Source of the DNA: the human T2T-CHM13v2.0 reference genome, Homo sapiens
DNA length: 64,000 nt
Direction: 5' to 3' (one strand)
Assembly: GCF_009914755.1 (NCBI RefSeq)
Contig: NC_060928.1
Translations under genes and position numbers: made by a program
Notes under the pieces: generated by a model
What the model was told of the DNA's origin: nothing
Databases searched by the model: none
Seen by the model: only the letters and a program-made list of their open reading frames with translations
Shown: piece by piece, positions 62,386 to 64,000 of the stretch
How the letters are laid out: every line of letters starts with the position of its first letter
Numbering within the stretch: the first letter of the stretch is position 1

Positions 62386-63360
62386 TGTGGGGAAAAGAAA
62401 GAGAGATCAGATTGTTACTGTGTCTGTGTAGAAAGAAGTAGACATAGGAGACTCCATTTTGTTCTGTACTAAGAGAAATTCTTCACCTTGAGATGCTGTT
62501 AATCTATAACCTTACCCCCAACCCCGTGCTCTCTGAAACATGTGCTGTGTCCACTCACGGTTAAATGGATTAAGGGCTGTGCAAGATGTGCTTTGTTAAA
62601 CAGATGCTTGAAGGCAGCATGCTCGTTAAGAGTCATCACCACTCCCTAATCTCAACTACCCAGGGACACAAACATTGCGGAAGGCCGGAAGGCCGCAGGG
62701 ACCTCTGCCTAGGAAAGCCAGGTATTGTCCAAGGTTTCTCCCCATGTGATAGTCTGAAATATGGCCTCGTGGGAAGGGAAAGACCTGACTGTCCCCCAGC
62801 CCGACACCCGTAAAGGGTCTGTGCTGAGGAGCATTAGTATAAGAGGAAGGCATGCCTCTTGCAGTTGAGACAAGAGGAAGGCATCTGTCTCCTGCCCGTC
62901 CCTGGGCAATGGAATGTCTCGGTATAAAACCCGATTGTATGTTCCATCTACTGAGATAGGGGAAAACCGCCTTAGGGCTGGAGGTGGGACATGCGGGCAA
63001 CAATGCTGCTCTGTAAGGCATTGAGATGTTTATGGGTATGCATATCTAAAGCACAGCACTTAATTCTTTACCTTGTCTATGATGCAGAAACCTTTGTTCA
63101 CGTGTTTATCTGCTGACCTTCTCTCCACTATTATCCTGTGACCCTGCCACATCCCCCTCTCTGAGAAACACCCAAGAATGATCAATAAATACTAAGGGAA
63201 CTCAGAGGCCAGGATGGATCCTCCGTACGCTGAACGCTGGTCCCCTGGGCCCCCTTATTTCTTTCTCTATACTTTGTCTCTGTGTCTTTTTCTTTTCCAA
63301 GTCTCTCGTTCCACCTAACGAGAAACACCCACAGGTGTGGAGGGGCAACCCACCCCTTCA
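62386..63360 (+). mobile_element. HERV-K(HML-2) solo LTR, LTR5_Hs-like, 975 bp
   Basis: Begins TGTGGGGAAAAGAAAGAGAGATCAGATTGTTACTG, ends GGGGCAACCCACCCCTTCA; TATAAAA 62923-62929, AATAAA 63184-63189; no PBS or internal sequence follows. Confidence 0.97.
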
Positions 63361-63456
63361 ATTAACCATGCGGCCAAGAGTCAAACCCACTAGTTTGCCT
63401 TCAAAGTCCAAGATCTAACTATGACATCAAGACACTGTCCCTTCAGTGCCCTCCCT
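63361..63456 (+). repeat. Right copy of 96-bp direct repeat flanking the HML-2 LTR
   Basis: Starts directly after the terminal CA; single difference C63371 vs T62298. Confidence 0.98.
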
Positions 63457-64000
63457 CTCAGGCTCTAGTACGAGCCACTGGGGCCTCAGCAATCCAGGAC
63501 ATGCTTATATGCTTATTTCTTCTCCAAGTGTGTGTTGTTCTCTTTGCCGCTGGAGATATATCTTACTCTGCCTTATATTCTACTTATTTACTCACTAATC
63601 TCATTTCAAACATCCCCCTCTCCACCTCACCCCGAATCCAAAGTAGAAGGGCATGGCCTCAAGTCTAGGGACCACACCGTTTGAGGCTGGACACATGTGC
63701 GACTCTGGAACCTGTCTTTCTAATAAGCTTACCAAGTAATCCTGATGGAAATCTTCACCCTAAGTCACCACCTCGACAACTAGGCGTCTCAGAGATGAAA
63801 GCCAGGGCAGAGGGAGACTCTTACCTACCCCTTGGGAGATGGAGAAAGACACAAGAATCCTAAAAGCAGCTGTGGCTCCAGCATCTGGGAAGGGAATGGG
63901 ACAGAAAGTGCCTCCAAGATGGACTCTGTCCTACTCTTCTTTCAATCCCCAGACCTTAACACTGGGCATGGCACGTAGTCGGTGTTTAGTAAGTGCCTGC

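Noticed and set aside
62586-63021. ORFs inside the HML-2 LTR
   Set aside because: Non-coding LTR sequence; no gag, pol or env remains.

Overview
Human (hominid) genomic DNA covering the 5' half of PROM1 (prominin-1/CD133) on the minus strand. Nine coding exons (c.1-1077, residues 1-359) can be placed to the base from splice signals and translation, including a 27-nt microexon and a GC-AG intron. The 5' non-coding exons and the 3' exons lie outside the window. The introns are rich in transposon relics (Alu, L1, L2/MIR, MaLR and ERV1 LTRs, hAT, Tigger, piggyBac MER85); family calls are by eye from remembered consensus, with approximate edges. The most unusual structure is a HERV-K(HML-2) solo LTR 540 bp upstream of the first coding exon. 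It is flanked by a 96-bp direct repeat instead of a 5-6-bp target-site duplication and carries an extra AA at its U3 end. Also notable are a 100-bp non-Alu inverted duplication with templated-insertion scars, a candidate 229-nt poison exon in the 36.7-kb intron, and a 63-codon uORF ending 2 nt before the PROM1 AUG. There is no evidence of prokaryotic systems, CRISPR arrays or RNA genes.
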